From the NCBI GenBank assembly GCA_028534125.1, contig CM052818.1, positions 48,982,001 to 49,046,000 on the forward strand: DNA of 64,000 bases. Direction: 5' to 3'. The notes under the pieces are model-generated. The model was given only the letters and a program-made list of their open reading frames with translations. It had not been told where the DNA came from and did not search any database. A program made the translations under genes and the position numbers. The stretch's first letter is position 1, and every line of letters begins with the position of its first letter. The DNA comes from Lama glama (taxonomy: Eukaryota). This document shows positions 48,061 through 60,960 of the stretch, piece after piece.

Positions 48061-51000
48061 AAAAAAAGATTTTCGAAAAATTGAATTGGGCCACCTTTCC
48101 ATCCAGCACACAGCCAGTTGTCTTCCCAGCAGCACCTTATCTTTCTGACAGGGTGGTGCATTTGGCCACGTTTAGCAGGTATGGATGTCCGCTAACGAGG
48201 AGATGGCAGTGAAAGACAATTAAAGAAACGGGATGGCTGCTGAGTGCAGACTCTCAGCAAGACAATGGGAGAAAAAAACTGCTGCCAAATACCGCCTGTA
48301 ACCTGTGGGTGCCGGCTCTGAAGATGGGTGGCCTGAGAACCAGGGAGCCAGAATCTCAGACCGAAACGGAGTAAAGGGGACCAGCATCCCTGAGCACAGA
48401 CGCAGGAGGAGGCTGAGGAAGCAGGACTGAAAGCAAAGCGCGCACCCCTCTCCTGGGGGCAGCGTCCTTCCCGACGGGAGGACTGAATGACGTGAATCAC
48501 TCTGAGGAATGATTCTGAAGAATGATGCACATTTCAAAGCAAATGCTGCTATCAAATATTTTCTAAGATTGGGAGAAGCTAAAATGCTATTTCAGCATCC
48601 TGATCGTTAGGAAGACTCCTCGAAGTAGACAGACGAAAAGAGTGCAGAATGCAATATGTCATAATTTCTGCACCAAACGTTAGGGCTGCTGGGGCCTTCG
48701 GTGTAATTTGTGTTGTCCTGAGAGGCTCTGAAGGGACCTTCAGTTAAATAGTTAAATGCGTGTCAGCCACGTGAACTTGTGTGTGGTGTGTATGTATATA
48801 AAATACACAGATACACACAGATACACATACATACACTATACATTATATATGGTATATATAGTGAATATATACACACAACATACAGTGGATATATATCTGT
48901 ATGTAGAATATATGTATTTGTCCCTTAGCCTCTGTATTTTAAATCTTTAAAGATGCATTAGTAACACTTTCCTGGGGTCAACATAGACAAGTGACGTGAA
49001 GAGCGCTAACTGATGGTCCCTTCGTGCTAACTTGCCGCGGAAGTTAGGCTGAGAACGTGGTTAAAGGGCGTGCACAGCGGTGGCCTCCTCCCTACAGACA
49101 CTGTGAGACCCCACAGTCCACCCGGAGACACTGCTCCCTCACTGACCTTGTCCTTTTAATGTCCACACTCCCTGCCTAAGGCAAAGGCTCACGATCCTGG
49201 GGACACGCCATTGTCTTCTAGTCGGAGCCTCAGCTGGAACATGCCGTTACATCCGTGAAGAACACCGACTCCCTGTGAGCACCCTCCTGGCTGCAGCCAC
49301 TTACAGTGTCTCTGCACACCTACGCCATCTAATCACAGGAGGTACCTTTCTCCAGAACTCCAGGGTCAAGAGAAAGGGTCTTTCTGGACTGCCCCTTCCT
49401 GAGCACGAGATGCATGTTATACAGGTAAGCAAAATTGTCTCTTTCTCTCTCTTTTTGTCCCTAGAACAAGAGTAGCTTACTTAGACAGAGTGAGACCTAG
49501 TCCTGCCACAGAATGAGAGAAGAGCAGTGACGTCAGCCTAAACTCTCAAACTGCAGAAGCTGACCTGGGAGGGAGTTTGGTGCCCCGAGACCCCTCCCGC
49601 CCCGGAAATACTGCGGAGCTGATTCAGAGCCCAGCTGTGGTTTAAATCTGGCCCTTGTGAGAAGCGGCACTTGAGTGACCAGACGGGGCTGGTTCTGCAG
49701 AGGCTCAAGGGGGCAGGAGGACAGGTATACAGGAGGCGACAATTTGGCAGGACAGTCAGCCTGGGGAGGCCGGATGCATCCAGGAAAGTCAAGCTACACA
49801 AGAGGCAACCCTGATTTTCTCAGGGTGATTGCTTGATGCCTTCTGCATGGACTTAAGGAGGACTAACTAAATTGAAGCCGGAGTGAGGGGCATTTGTGGT
49901 GGCGGTGGTGGCATGAGCCCCCACCTAGGGCTCCGTCCAAGCACCACACCCTCAGGGAGGCCCTCCCGATGCGCTGTCCTGGAATGGAAAATAAGCACCT
50001 GCTTCCATTATTTTAGAGCAGTTATTTTAGGTACATTTCACCCAAACTCTTACTTATGTTCATTATATTATAAATTCTCCAAGAACAGTAATTACGTTGA
50101 CCTTGATTGAATTTGCAGCCCTAACATGTAACACAGCAACTGCACACCGGAGTGGGAGGGGATGCTCCTTGCACGTGAGGACACCACAGTGACCAGCTCC
50201 GCGTACCGCGTGGCCATCACCGCGCCCCTTCGTAGGGCCAGGGGTGGGAGGCAGCTCAGTGCAGCGCCGCTGCGCCCTCTGCTTGGTGTCCTCTCCTGGG
50301 TGTGAGTGTTTAAGACACTCCTCTTCTGAGCCCAGGGTGCATCAAACACAAGATATTTCATACGCAAAGTTTCCTCTGGTGTGATCAGTACAATTTCTTA
50401 ATGAAAATAATACATAATTAGTTGGGACAGATGTTTTTATGAATCTGTAGTCTAAGCAAGATTGCTTGTAAAGGTGGAGAATTGTTTTCTACCTCATTTC
50501 CTTATAAAATAGCGGCTATCAGGTAAATTGTAGATAATTAAGATAAAATAAATAAGTTGTTTACAATGAAATCTTTAAAAGCTGCCACTGATTTCCATTT
50601 TAAACAAAATGAGATTGGAAAACTTCAGTTTGACTACTTAATGTGGGTTATAAAATGTATAGACTACGGATGGAGATTATCGAAAGAAGCGCACGTTCTT
50701 TTGTGTTTACGTGAACCCGTGAGGCATGCTGGAACACAGTCTAATTCGTAGACGTTCAGTGATAGTCAGTTTCCATCCTTTCATTTCTAATTTCAAGCTG
50801 AGCATCCAAAAGCGTGCCCCTTAGAAGTGTTCTCGGAATTCTCGTTAGCAGACCAAAACTTAAATCAATGAAGAAAATCAAGCGCCGTATTCGATGGTTC
50901 ATTTTGTTTTTTGAAAACAGCTTTTCAGGAGCCGTCTAAGTGCATAGCAAGCGATGAGGTTACTATGGGGATTACACGCTGGTGATTTTTACACTAGAGA

Positions 51001-53084
51001 AAGTACTCACGTGCATTTCCACCTCGCAGTTCCCTCCTCCGCTTCCAAGAGAAAGACTTCCATATTGTAAGCAGTTGTTTTTAACTTGCACCAGCACTTT
51101 TGGGAAGAAGCTTGGGGCAGATGAGCTCTGGGGCTCGTTCTAACTCCATGGCACTCCGGCGTATTTTCTAAAGGTTTCTGAAACAAGAGCAAAACATTTC
51201 AAAGCAAACCCCGGGAGTAGCCTAAGAGATACATAAACGGTTGCGTCCCACGGTCCCTTTCAAACATACCCTCTAGTGCGTTTGTGAAGAGAATGTGTAA
51301 GAGACCACGAGAGAATACAGAAAGTGTCTGGCCTTTGCATTTATCATGCTCTGGACACAAATCCCTCCTGATCGGTGTGCCAACAACAAAAACGCCACCC
51401 GCAGAAGCCACGTTAATCACAGGACACGGACGGCTCCCCTTTCGTCCGCCGAATTCTCCCTCACAGCCTGTGTCTGACGCTTACTGAAGTCAACGAGGGG
51501 CGTTTCTGTGGAGTGTTTCTCTCCTGCTGGGTCATTTTTAAGCTGTGGGCTGACGGTGTTCGGGGGGGCGCTGACGGGCACAGACGACCAGCCGGGCTAA
51601 TGAGCTCGCCCAGCTGGTCGCCCTCCACGAGACAAGGGCTCCCACAGCAGGACTCAGGCCGCCAGTTCCTACTCATGGCTTTCCAGCGGCCTAACCAGGT
51701 GACTCCTGCCCTGCGATGGCTTCCCGTGCGTCCCCAGCGCTCTGGCCACGTGCACACAGCTTGCAGTTTCCTGTTTCTCACACCTAGAGACAGTCAAGCT
51801 GCAGGTGGCAGGAAGACGCAGCTGGAGCACCGTCTTATTCTACAGTCCAACAAACTAATTCCACTCACAGTAACTGACCCTCCTCTAGACGTAAGAAAGA
51901 AAGTAGACCTTGTTCTTGAAGAATTCGCAGAATTCTCAGAGAACAGCGTGGAAACACACAAAAAAACACTAGAATACAGGGTCTGCGTTCATCAGGTGAC
52001 AGATGCAAAGGCGGATGGAGAGTGGAGGGAAGGGACAGAGGGGAAGGGTCTGAGCTTGTTCTGAACGACGAGCTGCAAAAATACCAAGCGGACGATGAGG
52101 GAGCGGATTTCGGGGGGTGGGAGAGCCCGTGCAAGGCCACGGTGGCAGAAAGTTCTGGAAAAGTACGGGCATCGTGAACCTGCGTGGAGCCAAGAGGGCG
52201 TGTCAGGATCGCCCTCACAATGTGTGAGATGAGACAGGGCGTTCTGAGGGCGATTGTCCAACGCATGAGCCATCTACCTGGTTAGCACACATTTATCAAG
52301 AGATTTTTGCCCCCTCGCCCTCCCAGCACTTTTCCAGTTTAATCCGTGAAGTTACTTGCAGGCTGAGTGCAGGCGCAACCCAGCTGGCCCTCAGGGGACC
52401 AGGGGATTTCACGTCACACCTTGGATGCACTTTCCCTTTCCTCTGTGGTTCTTAACCTGCTTGCCCCCCACCCAAAGTGCCACACCCCGCTTGCCTGTCA
52501 TTACACTGTGATCTGTGAATCAGCCACAGTCAACATGACCAAGACCATCTCTTCCCTCGAGTGTAAATATTGCATAATCAATAAAACTGATCATCTGAAA
52601 GTATTTTGTAGACAGTGCATTCCCAAATGAGAAGAAACAGCAAAAGGGAGCATTTTATATCTATTCAATGAACCACTTAAAGCTTTATCATTCTTGTCTT
52701 GTAAGAATACGTTAATGGTTGAGGTTTTTTATTTATTAAAGAAAAGACAATGGAAAAAGGGAATGAAGACCTATTCTTAATTCAAAAGTAATGAACAACA
52801 AGGCAGTATTTTACAAGAATATTAATGTTCATGAAGATGACCATGAAGCAGGTAATTATGCACACAAAATCTCACTTTGCAATACATACACAGCAAGTAA
52901 AAATGCATAGTGAAGGTACTTCTTAAAATCATTATTCATCCCTGTAACCTATCCCCTTACATCTCGTTCAGAGAAAAGTTGAGGAATTTTATTCGTGTTA
53001 CTCAGATAACAGGTGAAATGGGAAAGCGGGTATTTGATATAATGGGGTCCACACACGAGACGCTCAGTGCGTACCATGGAGACA

Positions 53085-53250
53085 CGGTGACCTAGTGGGA
53101 GGAGGGGCTTTGGGAACCGGCGGCCAAGGGTTCCATGTTGGCTTTACCCCTTACTTTCTGTTTACAATTTTAAAAAGTCTTTAACCTCTTCAGGCCTTAA
53201 TTTCCTTGCATTTATAATTAATTTCACTCTACCACGCTCAGAGTATGGGC
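53085..53250 (+). mobile_element. MIR SINE
   Basis: 'tttaacctcttcaggccttaatttccttgcatttataat'. Confidence 0.55.
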
Positions 53251-54049
53251 TCGTGAGCTGGCTCTCATGAATGGATAAGTATTAATCAGCTTCCTCAATC
53301 TTTTGTTCTTGTGTCCTCAGTGTATGTGATCATTAAGTGTCTGGCGCAGCACATTCAGAAAACAAAAGGTTTTAGAAGCAGATACTTCTTAATCATGTGT
53401 GTGTGTTCCTCTGAGTTACAGACTGTTCTCCGCTTATTGGAGATCAAGTTCCTGGTGAGGACTGATGAGCAGGAGTACTCTCCCCACACCCAGGAGAGCT
53501 ATGGAGCAGGAACTGCGCACCTGCATCGCCCAGTAGGAGATGAGAAAGAACAGAGGCTCCTCCTCCTTAAGCTTGGAGCTTATGTACAAATCTTACATAT
53601 TTCCAAATCCGAGTTTACACGGATCCTACGTATGTCCAAAGGTCTACTCAAGTACAAAGCCAAGTTTGAAGCTTATGTATAAATCCCAGAGCCTCCGACT
53701 CAGCTGCACGTGGGCATCACTTCCTTTGCAGAGGCCGCGTGGGTCTCAGCTGTCCCTGCAGCGCCCAGAGACATGTCTGTATAAATTATTTTTATTAAGG
53801 AGGTTAATAAAATTACAGAACTTTAAAACTTGACATTAAGTCAAAACCCCTACAGGTCAACATCCCCTCACCATGGATCCACAGACAGACAAAGTTTATC
53901 TCCTCTTTTCCTTTTTTGGACACATAATGCTGTGGGGGTTTCTTCACCCCTTCCCTTTTTCGTCCCCTTCTTCTTCCAGGGATCTGAGTGGAGAATTCAA
54001 ATACGTTAGTGTAACACAGGATGCTCTATGTTAAGAATAAGGACCTCGC

Positions 54050-54177
54050 GGGGAGGGTCTAGCTTAGAGGTAGAGCACGTGCTTAGCATGCCCGGGGTCC
54101 TGGGTTCCGTCCCCAGCACCTCCACTAACAATAAAATAAATTAAAAACATTGTTTTTTCAAGAGTTAAAAAATAAAA
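54050..54177 (+). mobile_element. tRNA-Ala-derived SINE (Vic-1-like)
   Basis: ggggagggtctagcttagaggtagagcacgtgcttagcatg...gtcctgggttccgtccccagcacctcc plus A-rich tail; imperfect TSD aagaataa(g/a)ga(c/g)ctcg at 54033-54048 and 54178-54193. Confidence 0.9.
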
Positions 54178-54996
54178 AAGAATAAAGAGCTCGACCAGGT
54201 CCCTCATTTCAGGGTGGAGCATGTGGAAGCTTCCGGAGGCAGAGGCTTACCCCTGCCAGGGGCTGTACACTGGGGTCCTGGCACCTGCGTCAGCCCCTCT
54301 GCTGCGGCATCTGCCCTTCCCCTGCCTGCCTGGCACCTCCCGACACGCCCCCTCCCCAGGCAAACTGTGGGGTTTCTATGTTTTTATTTCCCTAATCGCT
54401 ATCAAAATACACAGGCTTGATTCAGACATGGCCTCTCTCTAGGCAATTAGCTAGTGAATAGAAAAAAAATATTCCTTCATTAGATTTAACAATAGTCCAT
54501 TTTCAAGTTCAGCCTGATCCAGCAGTGTGGAAAAACAGAAGTAGCTCTGGTGAAGCGGTTTGGAGACCTTGTCCTGCTTGGCAGCCCCTTCTCTGTGTGA
54601 TCTCAGGGAAATAATTCACTCTAAATGGTCATTACTTTTGACATTAGTGAAACAGGGGTTTAAATGATCTCCAAAATTCACCCCACAGTAAATTCTACAG
54701 TTTTTATTTTCAAATCCATAGTTGATAAGTATTCACTTTTCTTTCTAAAAATATTTCTGAAATATTTCAATATATAGAAGAAAATATTCTCTTCCACTTG
54801 GGGTCAATTTCTTTCTTGATGAAATACATTCTTTAATAGTTCTTTCTTACATGCAAGAATAATTAGACTCCAATGCTGAGATATCTACAGGTTCACACAG
54901 GCTATAAGATAATATGGAGATCCCGTCCACCTTCTCCAGCACAGGCCCTACCCTGGGAGGCAGTGCTGAGTTTTCCCCATGAATGCCGAGCACAAG

Positions 54997-55670
54997 AAAA
55001 CATACCTACCATATGATCCAGCAATCCCACTCTTCGGCATATACCCAGAGGGAACCTTAATTCAAAAAGATGCCTGCACTCCAATGTTCATAGCTGCACT
55101 GTTTACAACAACGAAGACATGGAAACAACCTAAATGTCCATCGACAGATGACTGGATAAAGAAGATATGATATATTTATACAATGGAATACTACTCAGCT
55201 ATAAAAAAGAATAAAAGAATGCCATTTGCAGCAACATGGATGGACCTAGGGATTGTCATTCTAAGTGAAGTAAGCCAGTAAGAGAAAGAAAAATACCATA
55301 TGAGATCACCTATATGTGGAATCTAAAAAAAAAAAAAAGACAAATGGACTTATTTACAAAACAGAAACAGACTCAAAGACATAGAAAACAGATTTATGGT
55401 TACTGGGGGAAAGGGAGTGGGAAGGGATAAATTGAGAGTTGGAGATTTACAGATACTAACTACTGTATATAAAATAAATAAACAACAAGTTTTCTTCTGT
55501 AGAGCACAGGGAACTATATTCAATATCTTGTAGTGGCCTATTATGAAAAGGAATATGAAAATGATTATATGTATGCATATGTATGACTGAACTATTATGC
55601 TGGACACCAGAAATTGACACAACATTGTAAACTGACTATACCTTAATAAGAAATAAAATAAAACAAAATA
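54997..55670 (+). mobile_element. Relatively young 5'-truncated L1 (ORF2 C-terminus plus 3'UTR)
   Basis: Translates LPYDPAIPLFGIYP...CTPMFIAALFT...WKQPKCPSTDDWIKKI*YIYTMEYYSAIKKN...PFAATWMDL...LSEVSQ, the L1 ORF2p C-terminus with one TGG>TGA stop; A-rich tail. Confidence 0.95.
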
Positions 55671-56879
55671 CACGCACACATACACAAATGACACAGGCTT
55701 GTTGTAAAGCCTGAATGGCATCAACTCTTGTGAGTGACACAGCACAACCGGTGTGACATTGCTGCCTTAAGCATGGTCATTCACATGGTCATTCTATACC
55801 CTGAACACCCAAGTACAGATATGTAGAAGGTTGTGCCTGACTCCACATTTGAAAGGCGGAGATGGCAAAAGTGACTGACGACAGACCCAGAGGGACACGG
55901 AGGATGTTAACACAAGACAAGAGAGGGATTCAGGGATGCCTCCTTGCAGAAGGTAACCAGAGCTGAGACTCAGTGGTGCAGAGATGGGAGGGGAGTTCTA
56001 GGTAGAGTGATAAAACATTGAAAAATTAATAGATGTGGTTAAGGTCAACTGAAGAGTGAGGATAAGAGAACGTGCTGTCTGTGGCCACAGCCGCCAGGGT
56101 CCTTGAATCCTGAAGGTCCAGAGAGGCAGTTGTACTTCCCAGGTCTGTGAGAAGTCAGTGCCGAGTTCCCGTGCTTCAGTCTGCAGGACGCTGGGTAAGA
56201 AGATGTTTATGTTTGGCTCTGCTTCTACTTCCTTTTCTCTTTCTTCACCCAAGTGTTTGTGTCTTAAGAGGGGAGCCTTGGAGGCTCGAAAGCTTCATTC
56301 CAAGTCCCATGAAAGTCAGCGAGAGGGAAACTGAGTCAGTGCTCGGTGACGTTGCTCCCACCACGTGGTCTCATCTCATCCGTGGGCAACGTGGTGCTGC
56401 TCCTTTAAAACGATAAGTCAAAAGGATGCAGCAGTCAGCGACGCTTAGCCCTGAAGAGTCCGTCAGGAGTGCCTTGGAAGCAGCATCAATCTCCCACCAA
56501 CCATGTCAACCTGGCATATATACACATATGGCAGAGATATAATTACACAGACACATGTATCCCAATCTATTGTAATTAATCCCAAGATGCTTGGTTTTTA
56601 GTGCAACTCATAAGGAAAACATGCTGATGAGCACCTTTGCTGACGTTGATGGCCTTCTGGAGACTCTGCCATCACCAGCCCAGGCCCAGCCCCGAGCTCC
56701 TGGTCCCCTCCCCACGTCGTGGACTGTCTTCTCAGTGACAAAGCCCTTCAGGGTTTCCTGTCCACACTGCCATTTCCGTTCCTTCCTAACAGGTAACCTG
56801 GCTCCAATTCCAAGAAGGGGATGTATTTGTACATCTGCATGGAAGAGGGTGCAATCCCAAGCAAGGATACATGTCTATG

Positions 56880-56952
56880 CATTTATGCATATATATATTT
56901 TGTATGTATGTATGTGTATATACATATATTATATATATATGTGTATATATAT
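56880..56952. repeat. TA/TG mixed low-complexity repeat
   Basis: Read directly. Confidence 0.75.
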
Positions 56953-58014
56953 GGAATGGAATGAAATTCATTTATTTTTGTCATTTAAACCCTTCAGTAG
57001 CTATGATCTAGCATTGTCCTTGAATCGGTAAATCTCAAAACAAAAAAAACTAGACATCTAAACTCACTAAGAGTCAAACAGCACACACGAGAGCACAGTG
57101 GCCCGGGGAGAAATCGGAACCACTTACGTCTTCCTGCTAGACAGCACGCTTTTTAAAGGGAGCAGAAGACAATAGTTCAAACATTTCCTCTCCCGGCCCG
57201 CGCACGTGGCGTAGGCAGCGCCGAGCATGGTCACAGCCGACCGAGTCCGTGACACAGAGGCCGCGCACCTGCTCAGCACTTAGAATTATGTCTACGTGGA
57301 AACCACAAGTAAAGGTAACGAACCGTGCAGTTAGGAGCAGCCCAGGATCCGGTTTTAAAGCAAAGGTCCTACAGTAATGCTTTCACTGCCCTGCTGTATG
57401 TTTTTAAAATTTGTATTTCATTATGTTGCTGTTGTAATTACGGGGAGCTTTAAACTGCCTGGGATGTTTGCAAAGACCTTGATTTATTACCCCTGGTCGC
57501 ATTCCGAGCAGCACTGTCTTGCTCTCGTCAAGAGGAACAAGGAGGGAACCGGTGAAGCACGGAAGTGCCTGGTGGCGCAGCTGGCGCGGCAGGGGGACGG
57601 CAAGCCTCCGTCCCTCTCAATCTCCACCGTTTATGTGTCTCAAGCTCGGAGAGAGGCGCCGTCGCTGGAGGGAACATAGCATGTGCCGCACCTCTCCTTC
57701 CCAGGAGGATGGTTTCGGCTGACCTCAGAGCACTAGTCCACTAGAAACTGATTCATTTTACCTTTATTCACAAAACATGAGTGGAATTCACTGGTCTTTG
57801 AGCTCAAATTAGACATGAGTGATTCTTTGCTGATAATAAAGTCCTCTGTCTGTGTTTAGTAGACAGAGACCAGCAGTGGGCTTCTGCCTGAGCTGCATGT
57901 GCTCCTCTTAATGGAACTTGACTTTGAGCATTTTGACTTTTCTCAGATTGCCTAGACTTAAATATACAAATTAATATATAACAAATATGTATTTATAAAT
58001 ATTTAAATGACATT

Positions 58015-58049
58015 TATATATGTGTGTGTGTATATATACATATGCATGT

Positions 58050-58082
<33 letters not shown>

Positions 58083-58089
58083 CACACAT
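58015..58089. repeat. (TG)/(TA)/(CA) compound microsatellite
   Basis: Read directly; (CA)n core at about 58050-58074. Confidence 0.85.
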
Positions 58090-58146
58090 CAGTACGTCAA
58101 ACACCAACAGCCTCTCACAAGGTCACTGGCATCCAAAGACCGTCAG

Positions 58147-58315
58147 CAGTGCTCCTCAACTTTGGTGTCACCAAAGAATCATTCGGAGCTGTTAACGTGC
58201 TCGGTCCACACCCTAGAAGGTTTACATCAGAATCTCCGGGGGCGGCGCCAGGTACCAGTATTTTTGAAGTTTTCTACCTTCTTCCAGGTGCACTCAAAGC
58301 TGAAAATGACCACTG
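58147..58315. mobile_element. MER5-type DNA transposon
   Basis: cagtg...cactg termini; 'ccacaccctagaagg...atcagaatctccggggg...ccaggtaccagtattttt'. Confidence 0.7.
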
Positions 58316-58449
58316 CCTGAAGTAACTCTGGAGTACACTTAGTTGAACTTAAGATAAAACTACTACCTTAATTAAGAAATCTGAGTACATTTTAAAGCAG
58401 CGTGGTAAATATTAGTAATAACGATGGTGATCGTGATGCAGGTGGGGTG

Positions 58450-58700
58450 ATCGCTATTCAGGGGTAACTGTTTCTGTTGTCCAAGGCCCTGGAAAGCTCT
58501 TTGCATGTGTCCTATTACTGACATCCCACGGTAACCTTACACGACAGGAATTTTCTCTGTCTTCATTTCATAGTCGAGGGATCTTGGACGCAGGAAGTGT
58601 GGGTACTTTCCCAAGGTTACCTTTGTATTTAGGGGTAAAGCTGGGCTGGGATTTAGTTCCAGGTCTGTCTCATTCTAGAGTCACAGAACTTGACCATTGA
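58450..58700 (-). mobile_element. MIR SINE
   Basis: 'ttcatttcatagtcgaggg...actttcccaaggttac...gggatttagttccaggtctgtct'. Confidence 0.6.
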
Positions 58701-58936
58701 GTTTCTGCTTATTTAAAAACCTGCAGGCCACCATCCCATCTTCACTCGATTTGGTGAATTTATCTGACCTACGACAGCATTACTTTCATCATTACTCATA
58801 GTGGAAGGGTATCCAGTGATTCCAAACACACCACACTGACCTTTATTCCCAACTTTTTCTGATATCAACACAGACATTATATATTCCAGAAACAGACACT
58901 ATTCTCCCAATGTATAACTGTTTCATTCTTTCCTTA

Positions 58937-58960
58937 ACACACACACACACACACACACAC
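58937..58960. repeat. (AC)12 microsatellite
   Basis: Read directly. Confidence 0.9.
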
Positions 58961-60139
58961 AAGACTTATGAATAAATTTAAAACACTTGCTCTGTGCCAA
59001 ATACTTTGCTATATTCAGACACAGAATCTGATTTTACTTTTTTCCTGAAGTGAGGTACACTGTCTTTAAAACATACAATTACAAAATATTACACATACAA
59101 TGAGAGCAAATACAGAAATGTTATAGAGTTGTATGATTAAGATGTCTGGGCGACTTTGGAACTATGAAAAGTCAACATTTTTTTAATTAAAAAGAAAAAA
59201 ATCTCAAAAAATATAAAAAAATGGAAATAAATGTAAAGTATATCAAATAGAAGGCAGAGACACAAAGAATTATTAAGTGATATCCAATGGCAAAAATAAA
59301 TATAAATAAATCTTACATTGCACTTTTAGTCTGTAATAATTTCATGTCATACTTGTTCTATAAATAATGTCAGTCTTGCTATACAGCTGTTTTACAATTT
59401 AGAAACTATTTTATATATGCACAATAGTTTAAATAGGATAAAGAAAATGCACACCTGTGTCAACATTATTAGGAAATAAGATTTCTATAAGAGAAAATAA
59501 ATCCAAAAATAAAGTTTAAAAATTTTAATAAAAATCAAATCACATGATCTTTGCATGGATTGCTAAATAATTTATGAACTCATTCCTTTTTTTTTTTTAA
59601 GAAACGTACACTGAAGCAATGACAAGGCAGTACTATTTAACACAGCTACCACCTGTGGCTTCTAAACACCATTTCCCACTAAAAGAACCAGGGGCCTTGG
59701 GGAAGGTGGCTGACTCCTGGCTGAAGAAGAAAATGTGCTCAATTGAATTGTATGAGAGTGCCCCTTTGTGGGTTAAAAGTGGTTGAGTATTGACACTTTC
59801 AAAGGGTTCACTTAACACAGAATGAGCCTGGGACACTGGGTCATGTAGAAAAGCAAAGAAGTTATAACAGATTAGCAGGAGCCTGCATCCATCACAGACA
59901 GCTGGAAGACCTGGGTCCCGCTGGTCCACGATGAGAAAATTGGAGCAGCCAAGAGAATGACGGTTCAGTGGATTGAGCTACGTCATACAAATAATGAACA
60001 CATGCATCCATTAATTCACAGCAGAAATACTTTTTACAAGGTAGCACCATCATTGCTTAACTCTGGAGGCATCCAAGACCGCCATTCATTATTCTAAATA
60101 TTGATAATAAAAGAAAATACAAACATTTAATATTAAATT

Positions 60140-60960
60140 TGTTATAGAAAAGATTATATGCATGTAGGAGAAGTTTTAGAACACAGAAATCACTGTTTTG
60201 CCTCCCCTAATGAAGGAGCAGATGCAGAAGCATCCGTGCCTGGCAAAACCCCCTTGGGAAGACAGGCTGCCCAGTGAATGGGTCAGACTGACAGCATCTA
60301 AAGGCGAACTGTCATAAACGCGACCTGCTTAAACGTGGAACAGGTAGCTTCCACCCAGGATGATACACGAGGAGATGCTTGACAACCTACTTCAAGTACT
60401 CTTACTAACAATAAAGAAGGAGGCTTTAATCAAACCTCCAGACCTAACAGGAAATATTAACCAGAATCGGGCTAAGGGAGCGTAGCAAACAACACAAGGA
60501 GCAGTGAGCCAGAATCCAGGCTGTGGCACGTTCCACCATTTCTTCAAAAAATGAGACGTCTGGGAAAACATGCGGCCATAGGTGAGACTCAGGGGCGTAG
60601 GCTGAAGGAGATAAGTTTCAAATCAACCAATTTTGGTGTGAGGATCTCATCTTTCTCCTCATCTGAACAAACCGATTTGACAAAATCCAGGACAATTGAT
60701 GACACCCTGGGAAATGGCTGGCGTAAAGTGACTGTAGTCAGGTTAATCATGGAAAAAGGAATTGTACTTTGTGGGATGTATGTTGAAGTGTGACAGATGT
60801 CTGAATGTGTCTTGAAATATTCCAGCCAAAATAATAAATAAATAAAAGCAACATGTACATGAAAGGGAGCGGGCAAGTGTCAAAAAGGGCGAAGACGGAT
60901 GAGGGTTGAAGCTCTATGTTGGGTATGCTTCAACGTTTCCATAAATAAACAGCTTTTTAA
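60140..60960 (+). mobile_element. Ancient L1 (L1MC/ME-type) 3'UTR remnant
   Basis: 'cagaaatcactgtttt', 'ccagacctaac', 'aatccaggctgtggcac', ending 'tttccataataaac'. Confidence 0.5.

Noticed and set aside
49420..49465. Strong donor CAG|gtaagc followed by a strong acceptor
   Set aside because: They are about 41 nt apart, too short for a mammalian intron, and no partner sites could be assigned with confidence.
51513..52064. 183-aa ORF with a protein-like stretch (KKVDLVLEEFAEFSENSVE)
   Set aside because: It starts at GTG, shows no homology I can recognise, and the protein-like stretch resembles decayed antisense L2 sequence.
53311..53682. 123-aa ORF as a processed pseudogene
   Set aside because: No recognisable parent protein, no polyA tail or flanking TSD, and a GTG start.
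54979..55170. ORF with a convincing protein sequence
   Set aside because: It is the L1 ORF2p C-terminus in a 5'-truncated copy with a premature stop, not a host gene.
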